Part shown: piece by piece, positions 38,176-50,748 of the stretch | Position numbering within the stretch: position 1 is the first letter of the stretch | Layout of the letters: each line of letters opens with the position of its first letter | DNA from: Paraspadella gotoi | Lineage: Eukaryota > Animalia > Chaetognatha | Assembly (NCBI GenBank): GCA_051294375.1 | Contig: CM119268.1 | Coordinates: forward strand, 13,213,770-13,277,769 | Direction: 5' to 3' | Length of the DNA: 64,000 nt | Position numbers and translations under genes: made by a program | The notes under the pieces: generated by a model | The model's input: the letters and a program-made list of their open reading frames with translations, nothing else | The model's database searches: none | Told to the model about the DNA's origin: nothing

Positions 38176-40181
38176 TCACGGAACTCGTTGGCTCTTGCGC
38201 TCTTCAAGCTTCCTTCGGTAAAATTCCTCGCCCAAAACTTTTGCCAGGATGTTTTTGTCGGCATCGCGATTGCCAAGTTGATTCTCCAACAGTCTCAGAA
38301 GCCTAAAGGAGAATATCGTGTAGTCAAAATCGTAGTCAAAATAGTGAAATCAAATTTAAACAAAGGATAAAACTTGCCTTTGTTTGGCCTTGCTTTTGCT
38401 GAAGACCCGTTTGGGTTTCTTCTCTTTCTTCGGTGTGTTCAGACGAAGACCCCGCTCACCAGAGTAATACATGCGGTCTTGTTTGGGAACCGTCATGTTC
38501 AGGTGCTGGAGGAAAACTACGGTTTATCCTTGGGTTACAAAATTTTAGAGCCTTTGACGTTTCACCTTATAGATGTTGCCATCAGGGATCCCAAGCCAAG
38601 GATATTCCTCGGGACACTCGAAGCAAGTGGAGAACTTCCGTGAGCCGCGTTGACCATCGACCACGCGATACATTCCGCGGCAGGTATTGCTCGAACCGCG
38701 CGGACAGGGCTTTCCGCGTTGTTTGTTGTCGCAGAACCTTTGGCCTGAAAACAAATTTAAAAATGAGAAGTGTGCTAAAAATAATTGCCTCATGTACCTT
38801 TTGGCCTGAGCCGGCACTTGATGTGTCCCTCTTCGTCCTTCTCCGGCTTGCAGGGAACTGGGTCTTTAATCCAATCGATTACGTCGCTCACAGTCACGAA
38901 GTAAACGTCGGGCAGAGATAAAACCATGTCGAGAAAATCCCTGAGCGCGTCCTGTCTAAAATGACAAGGGGGGGGGGAAGAGAAATAGCAAATTGTTAAT
39001 TTATCACAACAGGTTAAATGAAAAATTCCATTTCAATTTTGAAAATACCTGAAGTGATCGTTAGTGAACCAACCCGCGTGCATGAACATCGGGAACGGAG
39101 CCCGGTTGGAGAGATAGTGACGCATAAAGTTATCCTCCAACATCGACAGCGAAGACGTGTAGGTAAAGTTGTCTCGGCAAGCGTCGATCATAGCGCAGAC
39201 GCTCTTGAACTTATCGTTGTAATAGATCATCGGAACTTCCCAGATACCCGGATGAGGTTCGACGGGGCAGGGACCGATCTTGCACTCCTGAGTCGATTTG
39301 TAATCGAGGGTGTACGGCCAGAGCGGAGGGTTGTTTTCGCCTGTAACAAAGATTTATTTTTTTTTTANNNNNNNNNNNNNNNNNNNNTTTTTTTTTTTAA
39401 GTCAAGTGGATTAAAATATAATGCAATGGCTTTAATACAGTTTTAAAACAATTATCAAAACTCACTGGCGGGCAGGCTCGTGTCGTACGTCAAGCCAGCC
39501 ATTTCGATGGCCTTGAACATCAAGTCGCCGCCGGCCTGCAGAAACGGAGCCCGGAATCCCTTGACGTCATTGCGGCGTACTTGACCGAAAAGCTCCAAGA
39601 TCTTTTTCATGCCGCCAATCTCCTTTACCCATCTGGAGTTAAAAATCTAGAATTAGTCAAAACGAAATCTGAAAAAATGATTATCGACAAAATTAATCTC
39701 ATCCCATACCGATCAAGGTCCGCGGTCTTAAAAGCTTCCGTGCTCTCGTGGGTCACCGAGTGATCGGCGATCTCGTGACCCTGGGCGTACAAAGCTCTCG
39801 TGAGCCAGTAGTCGTTCCACTCGTGGGTCACGAAGAAAGTACCCCTGATGGGACACCCGTCGGGGTTCTTTCGCCCATGACCGAATATGCTCGAGTAGTA
39901 TTTGTAGACGTTGGGATTAATACTAAAGGAAAGATTTGAACCGGAATATATAGATATTAATCTATATGATTAATTCTTTTTACAAACCTGTCGTCAAAGG
40001 TAAGCATGACAAACTGCGGGACATTTTCCGCGTGCAGACCCCCGGGAACCCGCGCGCTCGAACATCGACAGTCGGGAGGCTTGCAGATTTGATCGGAACA
40101 GGGTTTCGCCAAATTCTCGGAGGTGACTATCAAAACGGTCGCCGACGTTAAAACGACGAATAGTAGAAAGTCGAGCCGCAT
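38176..40181 (-). CDS. secreted chitin/polysaccharide deacetylase (CE4, chitin-deacetylase-like, no chitin-binding or LDLa domain), ~8 exons
   Basis: Signal peptide MRLDFLLFVVLTSATVLIVTS. Motifs CKPPDCRC, VPQFVMLTFDD, NPDGCPIRGTFFV, GHEIADHSVTH, GFRAPFL, LWPYTLDY, GIWEVP, NRAPFPMFMHAGWF, DVYFVT and TCFECPEEYPWLG. Two further in-frame exons (38505-38378, 38302-38176) add a basic tail. Confidence 0.92.
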
Positions 40182-40335
40182 GATTTCGTATACAAGTTAA
40201 AAACCTAAGAATAATAATTACTTTAGTTAAATAAGACATAAAACCTTGTCGATGAGAGATAATCCTAATTGACTTACGATTTAATTACAAATGACAGTAT
40301 ATGTTTAACCCGCCTAAAATAGCATTCGCTCATGG

Positions 40336-40446
40336 TTTGGCGGGAAAGAAAAAACGATATCCGATTGGTTAAACTGACAGTGAAGCGAAGTTCGTCACGA
40401 TCTTTGATTGGTCGTCTTAGTGGATCTAAAGACGCTCTTTTATTGG
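40336..40446 (-). promoter_or_regulatory. putative promoter: E2F-like site plus three CCAAT boxes upstream of the deacetylase
   Basis: TTTGGCGGGAAA at 40336-40347; ATTGG at 40364, 40407 and 40442 (CCAAT on the minus strand), 155-265 bp upstream of ATG 40181. Confidence 0.4.
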
Positions 40447-41448
40447 TTTATCTCATCACAGGGAAGCGAAAATAAGTGAGTTAGCAATAGTAGCAATAGT
40501 GAGACATTTATTGCTAGAATAAAAATATATTGTAAGTACATTGACATTTAAATAAAGTCTTACAAATACAAATACGTATTTTTAGGAAAGCATAAAATAA
40601 CATTTTCTTGCTGTTATCTCAATCTGTTGACTCAAGTATCGATAAGATTTTCTTTTTTTTTTCGTCCTCGATCGCTAATGAAAAAAAAAATTCGATGAAA
40701 AACTACAAAAAATACTCAAATAATTCCTTATTTTCTTGTTACTATTTGTGCTTTATATATTCTTCGTTTTGTGCCCTAATATTATTCGAGAACAGCATTT
40801 TTCCTCGTATCGTACTCGCGATAGTTCAATGTTCAGCCTTTCCTTTAAAAAGTCATTTTCGGGGAATTTTTGGCATCTTTTTTGTCAATATTTGAGGCCG
40901 GCCATTGGCTTCCGTTTTTGTCTCGAGTGTCGACGGCATCGTTTTCGTTTCCATTCTCTTCGCGGATCTTCGCCAAATTTGGGATGGCATTCTGCAGTTC
41001 TTCCGTCGAAACTAGATTTTCGTTTTTGATGCCAGTGGTTGTTGCCAGTACTATTTTGGTTGTTTTTTTCTGTCACAATCGTTTCTCCGACTTTACTTCC
41101 TCCACTAATAACCGCAACAACTATTCAAATTCAGAAGTTTACATTCACCCGTGAAATCGAACGATAACTTTCTGGCACTCCTTTGCTAAGCCCTGGACGA
41201 GCTCTCTGGTGAAACAACGACTGGATCTCACGAAAACTAACGGACGCCATCACGCCCGATTCTTCTCCAATGTCACTCTGACAATCTAAATCCCTGCCAA
41301 AGCTAATCTCAACCAGAATCACGTTAGTTCGAATCTCCTTCGNNNNNNNNNNTGACATACCTCGTCTTCTCTTCATTCCTTAACAAATAACAAGATTTAA
41401 GAAAAAGAAAATGAAAGTAAAATAAAATTAAACGCGGAACTAAAAAAA

Positions 41449-41574
<126 letters not shown>

Positions 41575-44500
41575 AAAGAAGCCTTGCAGTTTGTGCTGCT
41601 CCGGCGGTGAGATCCCCGCTTCGTTTTCCTAGCAAACGCCATTCCACGACGACGACGACGACGACGACGACAGTGGTATCTCGAAAACCAGGATTCCAAA
41701 AAATTAACTCTGTGGAATTAGTCGAGGCGGTTGCGTCCGAATTCGGACGCTAACCTTCGACAGACTGCAGACGGAATCCCTTCCGATGGAATCAAAACAA
41801 ACCTCCGTTTCTCTCTCCGTTTAAGGGTAATAAAAAGGTCGACGAAACGAAAAACAACCAAAAAACAAACATCGAACGATAAATATCGCGGACTAAATGC
41901 CAAAAGAATTGATAAATATACGTTCGTATTCCCTCCGACTAATTTCGGTCTAAACTACAGGGATACCAACGCACGTCTACTCGTTTTCAATTTTTTTTTC
42001 TTCTCATTTTTAACTCAATTTGAGAAAAATTTTTTTTTTTATTTATCGAGTTCGAAGAATATTAAGTTTCTCTATTTTTTTTTTCAAATTTTTTTGGATT
42101 GAGTTTTTTATTTGGTTCGTTTTGTCGTAAAATTTTCCTCACGCTGTGAGTCTTGTCACTTAAAGCTCGAGGTCCAAATCACGAAAGATTAAAATTTAAA
42201 AACTTTGTCGCCGATAGTATTTCCATAATATTCTCAGTATTTCCGTGGATTTTAGATTTAGTTACGCATGCATAGGACTATTAGGACATGTCTATCTAAC
42301 CGCGACTGTTTTCGATTTACTTTTGTTTATTTATTTTTATTCAAAGTCAGTAAAATTAGTATTTTGATCATCTTACTTCGTACACAGTGTTGAATGGCAC
42401 TTAACACTCCCTTTCTTTCACTCTCGCCCACATTCAAATTTTACTCTTTTAAACGTTTCAGAATTTTTATTTGTTCACTCCTAAAGATTAATAGTAAAAG
42501 CGGTCTTGGTAACTATTCAATCTGCGGCATTTTTTGTAGCCGAACTGACACAAAAATGTGATGCCTAAAAGTTTCGAAATCTCAACACACATTATAAATA
42601 TAGAATGCGTGAAAAAACAAACTCGATATCCGAACGAAGACAAAAGGAATCTAGCGAAAGTGCGCCGCCCGAAGAGACCTCTGACGTTTCTTAGATTGCT
42701 TTCAAACTCGATGCTCTTCTGTTTCGAAACAAAAAAAATCGATACGATGAGTTCGACGACTGCGACGACGGAAACGAAAAGGGCTCCGAATATAGGGTAA
42801 ATAAGACTCATTCGTCAAAATAAGTTTCAGCCGTTAACAAGTGTATCCTGTGTGTAGTATAAAATTACCATGATAGCCGCTACGACATGTCTGTCGGGTG
42901 AGAGGCCCAACTCTCTTCATAAGACATAACCATTTGTTATTAGTGACGCGTGCTCTCTCGGCGANNNNNNNNNNNNNNNNNNNNNNNNNGACTCGTAATC
43001 GACTTTTTCCCGGACAATTTACCCTTTCTTCCTCATTGTTTCTCATCAACTTCGGCGGACTTGGCGCTCTGGCCTTTGCTCCTTTTGACGGCACCTTTTT
43101 CTTTCCCACCTGAGGCCCGTTCCCGCGTTCGGGCGACTTGACGCTAATTCTGTCCGACGTCTCTCCCGGCACCGTCGCCGGCCAATGGCGACGGGGGGAT
43201 CCTTTCCGGCCGCCAATTCGAAAGGAATTCCCGGCGCCTTTTTCTTGGCTTTAATTCGTCCGCCGCCGGCGCTCTTCAAAAACCTCAACGACTCTGAGAA
43301 ATTCTCGTCGACATCACGTCTCTGCGGGCGGCGGATTCGGGCGAGACGACGGTCGAGTCGGTTGCCGGATATACCGGCTGTGACATCGGTTATGGTGCTA
43401 GAGGAAGTGGGAGAGATGGTCGTGTGTTGCGGCGCTGTTCTTAAGTACGCCGCGAGATGGCGATTCTCCGGATGATATGGCGCCAGATGTGGGCGCGGTA
43501 ATAGTAGAGTCAGCGGAGACTTCTGAGCAAAAGGGTTGTGGCAGCGCTCGCCGGGTTTAAAATCTTTCCGACGTTGACGCCCCCAGCAAACCCTTTCTCA
43601 ACACTCCCAGAATCGCCCATATTGTCGTCGGGAGTGCTTCTGAAGACTTCCCGACGACAGATTGCCCGTCGCAGTTTTGATCCTTCTCCGCCGAGGGCGC
43701 GGCCCCTCGACGACTTCGAGACTTTTTCTTGACCTCCGGGACGACGGGAGTTGGCGACGGTATTCTGCGACGAAGGGTCGAAATAACGACCAATCCATGT
43801 CGACGAGAAAGATAACGAATGTGGACTTTGAGAACAGATTTTTAATTTGACCTCGTCCGTTAATTTTTTTTTTTAGCGGAGACACGAAGTTTATTTTTTT
43901 TAATTTTTGTTTTAATTTAAATTTTATTATATTTTGTTTTTTGTTAACTTTCAATGTTCGCCTCGACTAGAATAGTCTCTACCTCTTTTACATTGACGCG
44001 ATGACATCATAAAAAAAAAACATTTTCTGAATTAATTTTATATTGTTTTTTCTCATAGCGTTTGTTTTGTTTCTTTCGTTTTTTTTTTATTTCGGTTATT
44101 TTTGGTTTTTTTTCTTTGCCTTCTCAGTAATTTAGATATCAATGAGCGAAAAGAAGCGAAAGGGAAATGACAACTAAAATAAAAACCAATTTAAAAGCCT
44201 CACTAAAAACCTAATTCGCTTCCCCGACGCGTCCGCCAGATTTAGGAGAGTCAGGGTCGATTGGTAGGCGGGCATAGGCTTTCAAAAATTTCCAGGTTAC
44301 ACCCCAGTCTCAATGACAAGTTGAAACCCAGCCGGCAAAAGGGTCGCCGGAAAGGGCGGTCGAGCAAGGACCACCTCGGACCCATTCGGCAAGGATCGAG
44401 TTGTGAAGGACGGCCGAACGATGCCCGAAAGTGTAAAAACGTCAAACGGTTTCGAGGCGAGAAATTTTCCCGGATACGAAATGACTTTTTTAAACGTTTT

Positions 44501-45446
44501 TCGTCATTTAAAACACACACACACACAACAAAAAAAAAACCAATAATTGTTAAAAAGCTCCAAAATCCTTCAGTCGAGAAAAAGAAAATTTGTCGCTAAT
44601 TTTTCGAGTCGAATTTTTCTACTTCTGGGAGGGTCATCCCGATCCCGGGGCTGACTCTCGCTCGAATGGAGACGAGATGAAAAAGAGAGACAGAGAGAGA
44701 GAGAAACTCGCAGAAGTCGAAATAGGATTTCGAGATGTTTGTCGACGACTGCGCCGACCAATTGAGCCGCGCTGGGCCGACGCTGGGCCGAAATGTGATA
44801 AGGTTTCATGGAAGCCGACGTCGATGAATAGAAGTGACTTTTTTGGGCAGAGGGCGGTGACTCTGTATGGATACGGAGTCGAAAAGGTCGTCTTCTACAT
44901 TTTAAGAATAAATAAATGAACTCCAGGGACAGATGGTGACGTGGTAGCTATAGAGAATTGAGAATTAGTCGTTTGCTTATTAAGTAGCTACTAAAAACAT
45001 ATAGAAATAAAGTTATGTTGCGACTATTCTTCTGGATGAATGAAGATGTTATTAAAGAACTTGCAAACAGCAGCTTGAAGATTGAAAGTTATCTTGAAGG
45101 AAGAAAACCTGCGGTTGGTGCAATTAAAACCCACCAGGAAACGGCACGTTAATGGGATAATTATTAGTGTGACAAGATGATCTTTAAGTATAACAAAAGG
45201 ATGTTATGATTCTAAAACCTGGAAATGACGTTTGTTTACACAAAAAAAATTGCAGAAAATTATTTAATGAGCTTAATGAGCATATTGATAATTAAAAAAC
45301 TTATGTAAATCTTATTCTTATATTTTATATATCAGAAACTTTCAAAGATTAGCGCACGGTAGTGAGAGTTTATCAGTAAATTTTTGAGGTCGATTCGGAC
45401 GATGTAAATAACCGATAATTGGGTCTAACGAGGACAAACGTCAAAG

Positions 45447-45510
<64 letters not shown>

Positions 45511-45725
45511 GAGAATGCGAAAAGGGTTCCTCTGGCAAACGTAATTTTATTTTACGGCGTTTTTATTAATATTTATAGATTTAAAATTGTAACTACATTA
45601 GGGCAGCTCTTGGCGCATAATTGAAGTTTTAAAATTGAAATTGAAATTTTAAGTTGAGTTGATTTGGTTTTTAAACTCAAAGTTTTAAACTTTGGAAAAA
45701 ACTTTCAAGAAGTCACACTTTTAGG

Positions 45726-45811
<86 letters not shown>

Positions 45812-45842
45812 TTTTTCTTTCTTTTTATATCTTTTTTCTTTA

Positions 45843-45874
<32 letters not shown>

Positions 45875-48571
45875 TCCTAAAAGTGTGACTTCTTGAAAGT
45901 TTTTTCCAAAGTTTAAAACTTTGAGTTTAAAAACCAAATCAACTCAACTTAAAATTTCAATTTCAATTTTAAAACTTCAATTATGCGCCAAGAGCTGCCC
46001 TAATGTAGTTACAATTTTAAATCTATAAATATTAATAAAAACGCCGTAAAATAAAATTACGTTTGCCAGAGGAACCCTTTTCGCATTCCNNNNNNNNNNN
46101 NNNNNNNNNNNNNNGACTCGTATCGACTTTTTCCCGGACAATTTACCCTTTCCTTCCTCATTGTTTCTCATCAACTTCGGCGGACTTGGCGCTCTGGCCT
46201 TTGCTCCTTTTGACGGCACCTTTTTCTTTCCCACCTGAGGCCCGTTCCCGCGTTCGGGCGACTTGACGCTAATTCTGTCCGACGTCTCTCCCGGCACCGT
46301 CGACCGGCCAATGGCGACGGGGGGATCCTTTCCGGCCGCCAATTCGAAAGGAATTCCCGGCGCCTTTTTCTTGGCTTTAATTCGTCCGCCGCCGGCGCTC
46401 TTCAAAAACCTCAACGACTCTGAGAAATTCTCGTCGAGCATCACGTCTCTGCGGGCGGCGGATTCGGGCGAGACGACGGTCGAGTCGGTCGCCGGATATA
46501 CCGGCTGTGACATCGGTTATGGTGCTACAGGAAGTGGGAGAGATGGTCGTGGTTGCGGCGCTGTTCTTAAGTACGCCGCGAGATGGCGATTCTCCGGATG
46601 ATTGGCGCCAGATGTGGGCGCGGTAATATTAGAGTCAGCGCAAGATTTCTGAGCAAAAGGGTTGTGGCAGCGCTCGCCGGGTTTAAAATCTTTCCGACGT
46701 TGACGCCCCCAGCAAACCCTTTCTCAACACTCCCAGAATCGCCCATATTGTCGTCGGGAGTGCTTACTGAGACTTCCCGACGACAGATTGCCCGTCGCAG
46801 TTTGATCCTTCTCCGCCGGGGCGGCGGCCCCTCGACGACTTCGAGACTTTTTCTTGACCTCCGGGACGACGGGAGTTGGCGACGGTATTTGCGACGAAGG
46901 GTCGAAATAACGACCAATCCATGTCGACGAGAAAGATAACGAATGTGGACTTTGAGAACAGATTTTTAATTTGACCTCGTCCGTTAATTTTTTTTTTTAG
47001 CGGAGACACGAAGTTTATTTTTTTTAATTTTTGTTTTAATTTATTATATTTTATTATATTTTGTTTTTTGTTAACTTTCAATGTTCGCCTCGACTAGAAT
47101 AGTCTCTACCTCTTTTACATTGACGCGATGACATCATAAAAAAAAAACATTTTCTGAATTAATTTTATATTGTTTTTTCTCATAGCGTTTGTTTTGTTTC
47201 GTTTCGATTTTTTTTTTATTTCGGTTATTTTTGGTTTTTTTTCTTTGCCTTCTCAGTAATTTAGATATCAATGAGCGAAAAGAAGCGAAAGGGAAATGAC
47301 AACTAAAATAAAAACTCAATTTAAAAGCCTCACTAAAAACCTAATTCGCTTCCCCGACGCGTCCGCCAGATTTAGGAGAGTCAGGGTCGATTGTAGGCGG
47401 GCATAGGCTTTCAAAAATTTCCAGGTTACACCCCAGTCTCAATGACAAGTTGAAACCCAGCCGGCAAAAGGGTCGCCGGAAAGGGCGGTCGAGCAAGGAC
47501 CACCTCGGACCCATTCGGCAAGGATCGAGTTGTGAAGGACGCCGAACGATGCCCGAAAGTGTAAAAACGTCAAACGGTTTCGAGGCGAGAAATTTCCGGA
47601 TACGAAATGACTTTTTTAAACGTTTTTCGTCATTTAAAACACACACACACACAACAAAAAAACCAATAATTGTTAAAAAGCTCCAAAATCCTTCAGTCGA
47701 GAAAAAGAAAATTTGTCGCTAATTTTTCGAGTCGAATTTTTCTACTTCTGGAGGGTCATCCCGATCCCGGGGCTGACTCTCGCTCGAATGGAGACGAGAT
47801 GAAAAAGAGAGACAGAGAGAGAGAGAAACTCGCAGAAGTCGAAATAGGATTTCGAGATGTTTGTCGACGACTGCGCCGACCAATTGAGCCGCGCTGGGCC
47901 GACGCTGGCCGAAATGTGATAAGGTTTCATGGAAGCCGACGTCGATGAATAGAAGTGACTTTTTTGGGCAGAGGGCGGTGACTCTGTATGGATACGGAGT
48001 CGAAAAGGTCGTCTTCTACATTTTAAGAATAAATAATGAACTCCAGGGACAGATGGTGACGTGGTAGCTACTAGAGAATTGAGAATTAGTCGTTTTGCTT
48101 ATTAAGTAGCTACTAAAAACATATAGAAATAAAGTTATGTTGCGACTATTCCTTCTGGATGAATGAAGATGTTATTAAAGAACTTGCAAACAGCAGCTTG
48201 AAGATTGAAAGTTATCTTGAAGGAAGAAAACCTGCGGTTGGTGCAATTAAAACCCACCAGGAAACGGCACGTTAATGGGATAATATTAGTGTGACAAGAT
48301 GATCTTTAAGTGATAACAAAAGGATGTTATGATTCTAAAACCTGGAAATGACGTTTGTTTACACAAAAAAAATTGCAGAAAATTATTTAATGAGCTTAAT
48401 GAGCATATTGATAATTAAAAAACTTATGTAAATCTTATTCTTATATTTTATATATCAGAAACTTTCAAAGATTAGCGCACGGTAGTGAGAGTTTATCAGT
48501 AAATTTTTGAGGTCGATTCGGACGATGTAAATAACCGATAATTGGGTCTAACGAGGACAAACGTCAAAGAA

Positions 48572-48632
<61 letters not shown>

Positions 48633-50748
48633 TCTCCTTCTCTCTAGAGAGAGAGAGAGAGAGAGATTCTTTGACGTTTGTCCTCGTTAGACCCAATTAT
48701 CGGTTATTTACATCGTCCGAATCGACCTCAAAAATTTACTGATAAACTCTCACTACCGTGCGCTAATCTTTGAAAGTTTCTGATATATAAAATATAAGAA
48801 TAAGATTTACATAAGTTTTTAATTATCAATATGCTCATTAAGCTCATTAAATAATTTTCTGCAATTTTTTNNNNNNNNNNNNNNNNNNNNNNNNNNNNNN
48901 NNNNNNNNNNNNNNNNNNNNNNNNNNNNNNNNNNNNNNNNNNNNNNNNNNNNNNNNNNNNNNNNNNNNNNNNNNNNNNNNNNNNNNNNNNNNNNNNNNNN
49001 NNNNNNNNNNNNNNNNNNNNNNNNNNNNNNNNNNNNNNNNNNNNNNNNNNNNNNNNNNNNNNNNNNNNNNNNNNNNNNNNNNNNNNNNNNNNNNNNNNNN
49101 NNNNNNNNNNNNNNNNNNNNNNNNNNNNNNNNNNNNNNNNNNNNNNNNNNNNNNNNTAAATGACGAAAAACGTTTAAAAAAGTCATTTCGTATCCGAAAA
49201 AATTTCTCGCCTCGAAACCGTTTGACGTTTTTACACTTNNNNNNNNNNNNNNNNNNNNNNNNNNNNNNNNNNNNNNNNNNNNNNNNNNNNNNNNNNNNNN
49301 NNNNNNNNNNNNNNNNNNNNNNNNNNNNNNNNNNNNNNNNNNNNNNNNNNNNNNNNNNNNNNNNNNNNNNNNNNNNNNNNNNNNNNNNNNNNNNNNNNNN
49401 NNGACCGCCCTTTCCGGCGACCCTTTTGCCGGCTGGGGTTTCAACTTGTCATTGAGGACTGGGGTGTAACCTGGAGAATTTTTTGAAAGCCTATGCCCGC
49501 CTACCAATCGACCCTGACTCTCCTAAATCTGGCGGACGCGTCGGGGAAGCGAATTAGGTTTTTAGTGAGGCTTTTAAATTGCGTTTTTATTTTAGTTGTC
49601 ATTTCCCTTTCGCTTCTTTTCGCTCATTNNNNNNNNNNTATTCTTAAAATGTAGAAGACGACCTTTTCGACTCCGTATCCATACAGAGTCACCGCCCTCT
49701 GCCCCAAAAAAGTCACTTCTATTCATCGACGTCGGCTTCCACGAAACCTTATCACATTTCGGCCCAGCGTCGGCCCAGCGCCGGCTCAATTGGTCGGCGC
49801 AGTCGTCGACAAACATCTCGAAATCCTATTTCGACTTCTGCGAGTTTCTCTCTCTCTCTGTCTCTCTTTTTCATCTCGTCTCCATTCGAGCGAGAGTCAG
49901 CCCCGGGATCGGGATGACCCTCCCAGAAGTAGAAAAATTCGACTCGAAAAATTAGCGACAAATTTTCTTTTTCTCGACTGAAGGATTTTTGAAGCTTTTT
50001 AACAATTATTGGGTTTTTTTTTGTGTGTGTGTGTGTTTTAATGACGAAAAACGTTTAAAAAAGTCATTTCGTATCCGAAAAATTTCTCGCCTCGAAACCG
50101 TTTGACGTTTTTACACTTTCGGGCATCGTTCGGCCGTCTTTCACAACTCGATCCTTGCCCGAAGGGTCCGAGGTGGTCCTTGCCCGACCGCCCTTTCCGG
50201 CGACCCTTTTGCCGGCTGGGGTTTCAACTTGTCATTGAGGACTGGGGTGTAACCTGGAGAATTTTTTTGAAAGCCTATGCCCGCCTACCAATCGACCCTG
50301 ACTCTCCTAAATCTGGCGGACGCGTCGGGGAAGCGAATTAGGTTTTTAGTGAGGCTTTTAAATTGCGTTTTTATTTTAGTTGTCATTTCCTTTCGCTTCT
50401 TTTCGCTCATTGATACTAAATTACTGAGAAGGCAACGAAAGAAAAAAACCCAAAAATAACCGAAATTAAAAAAAAAAACGAAACGAAACAAAACAAACGC
50501 TATGAGAAAAAACAATATAAAATTAATTCAGAAAATGTTTTTTTTATGATGTCATCGCGTCAATGTAAAAGAGGTAGGAGACTATTCTAGTCGAGCGCGA
50601 ACATTGAAAGTTAACAAAAAACAAAATATAATGAATTATTAAACAAAAATTAAAAAATAAACTTCGTGTCTCCGCTAAAAAAAAAAATTGGACGAGGTCA
50701 AATTAAAAATCTGTTCTCAAAGTCCACATTCGTTATCTTTCTCGTCGA

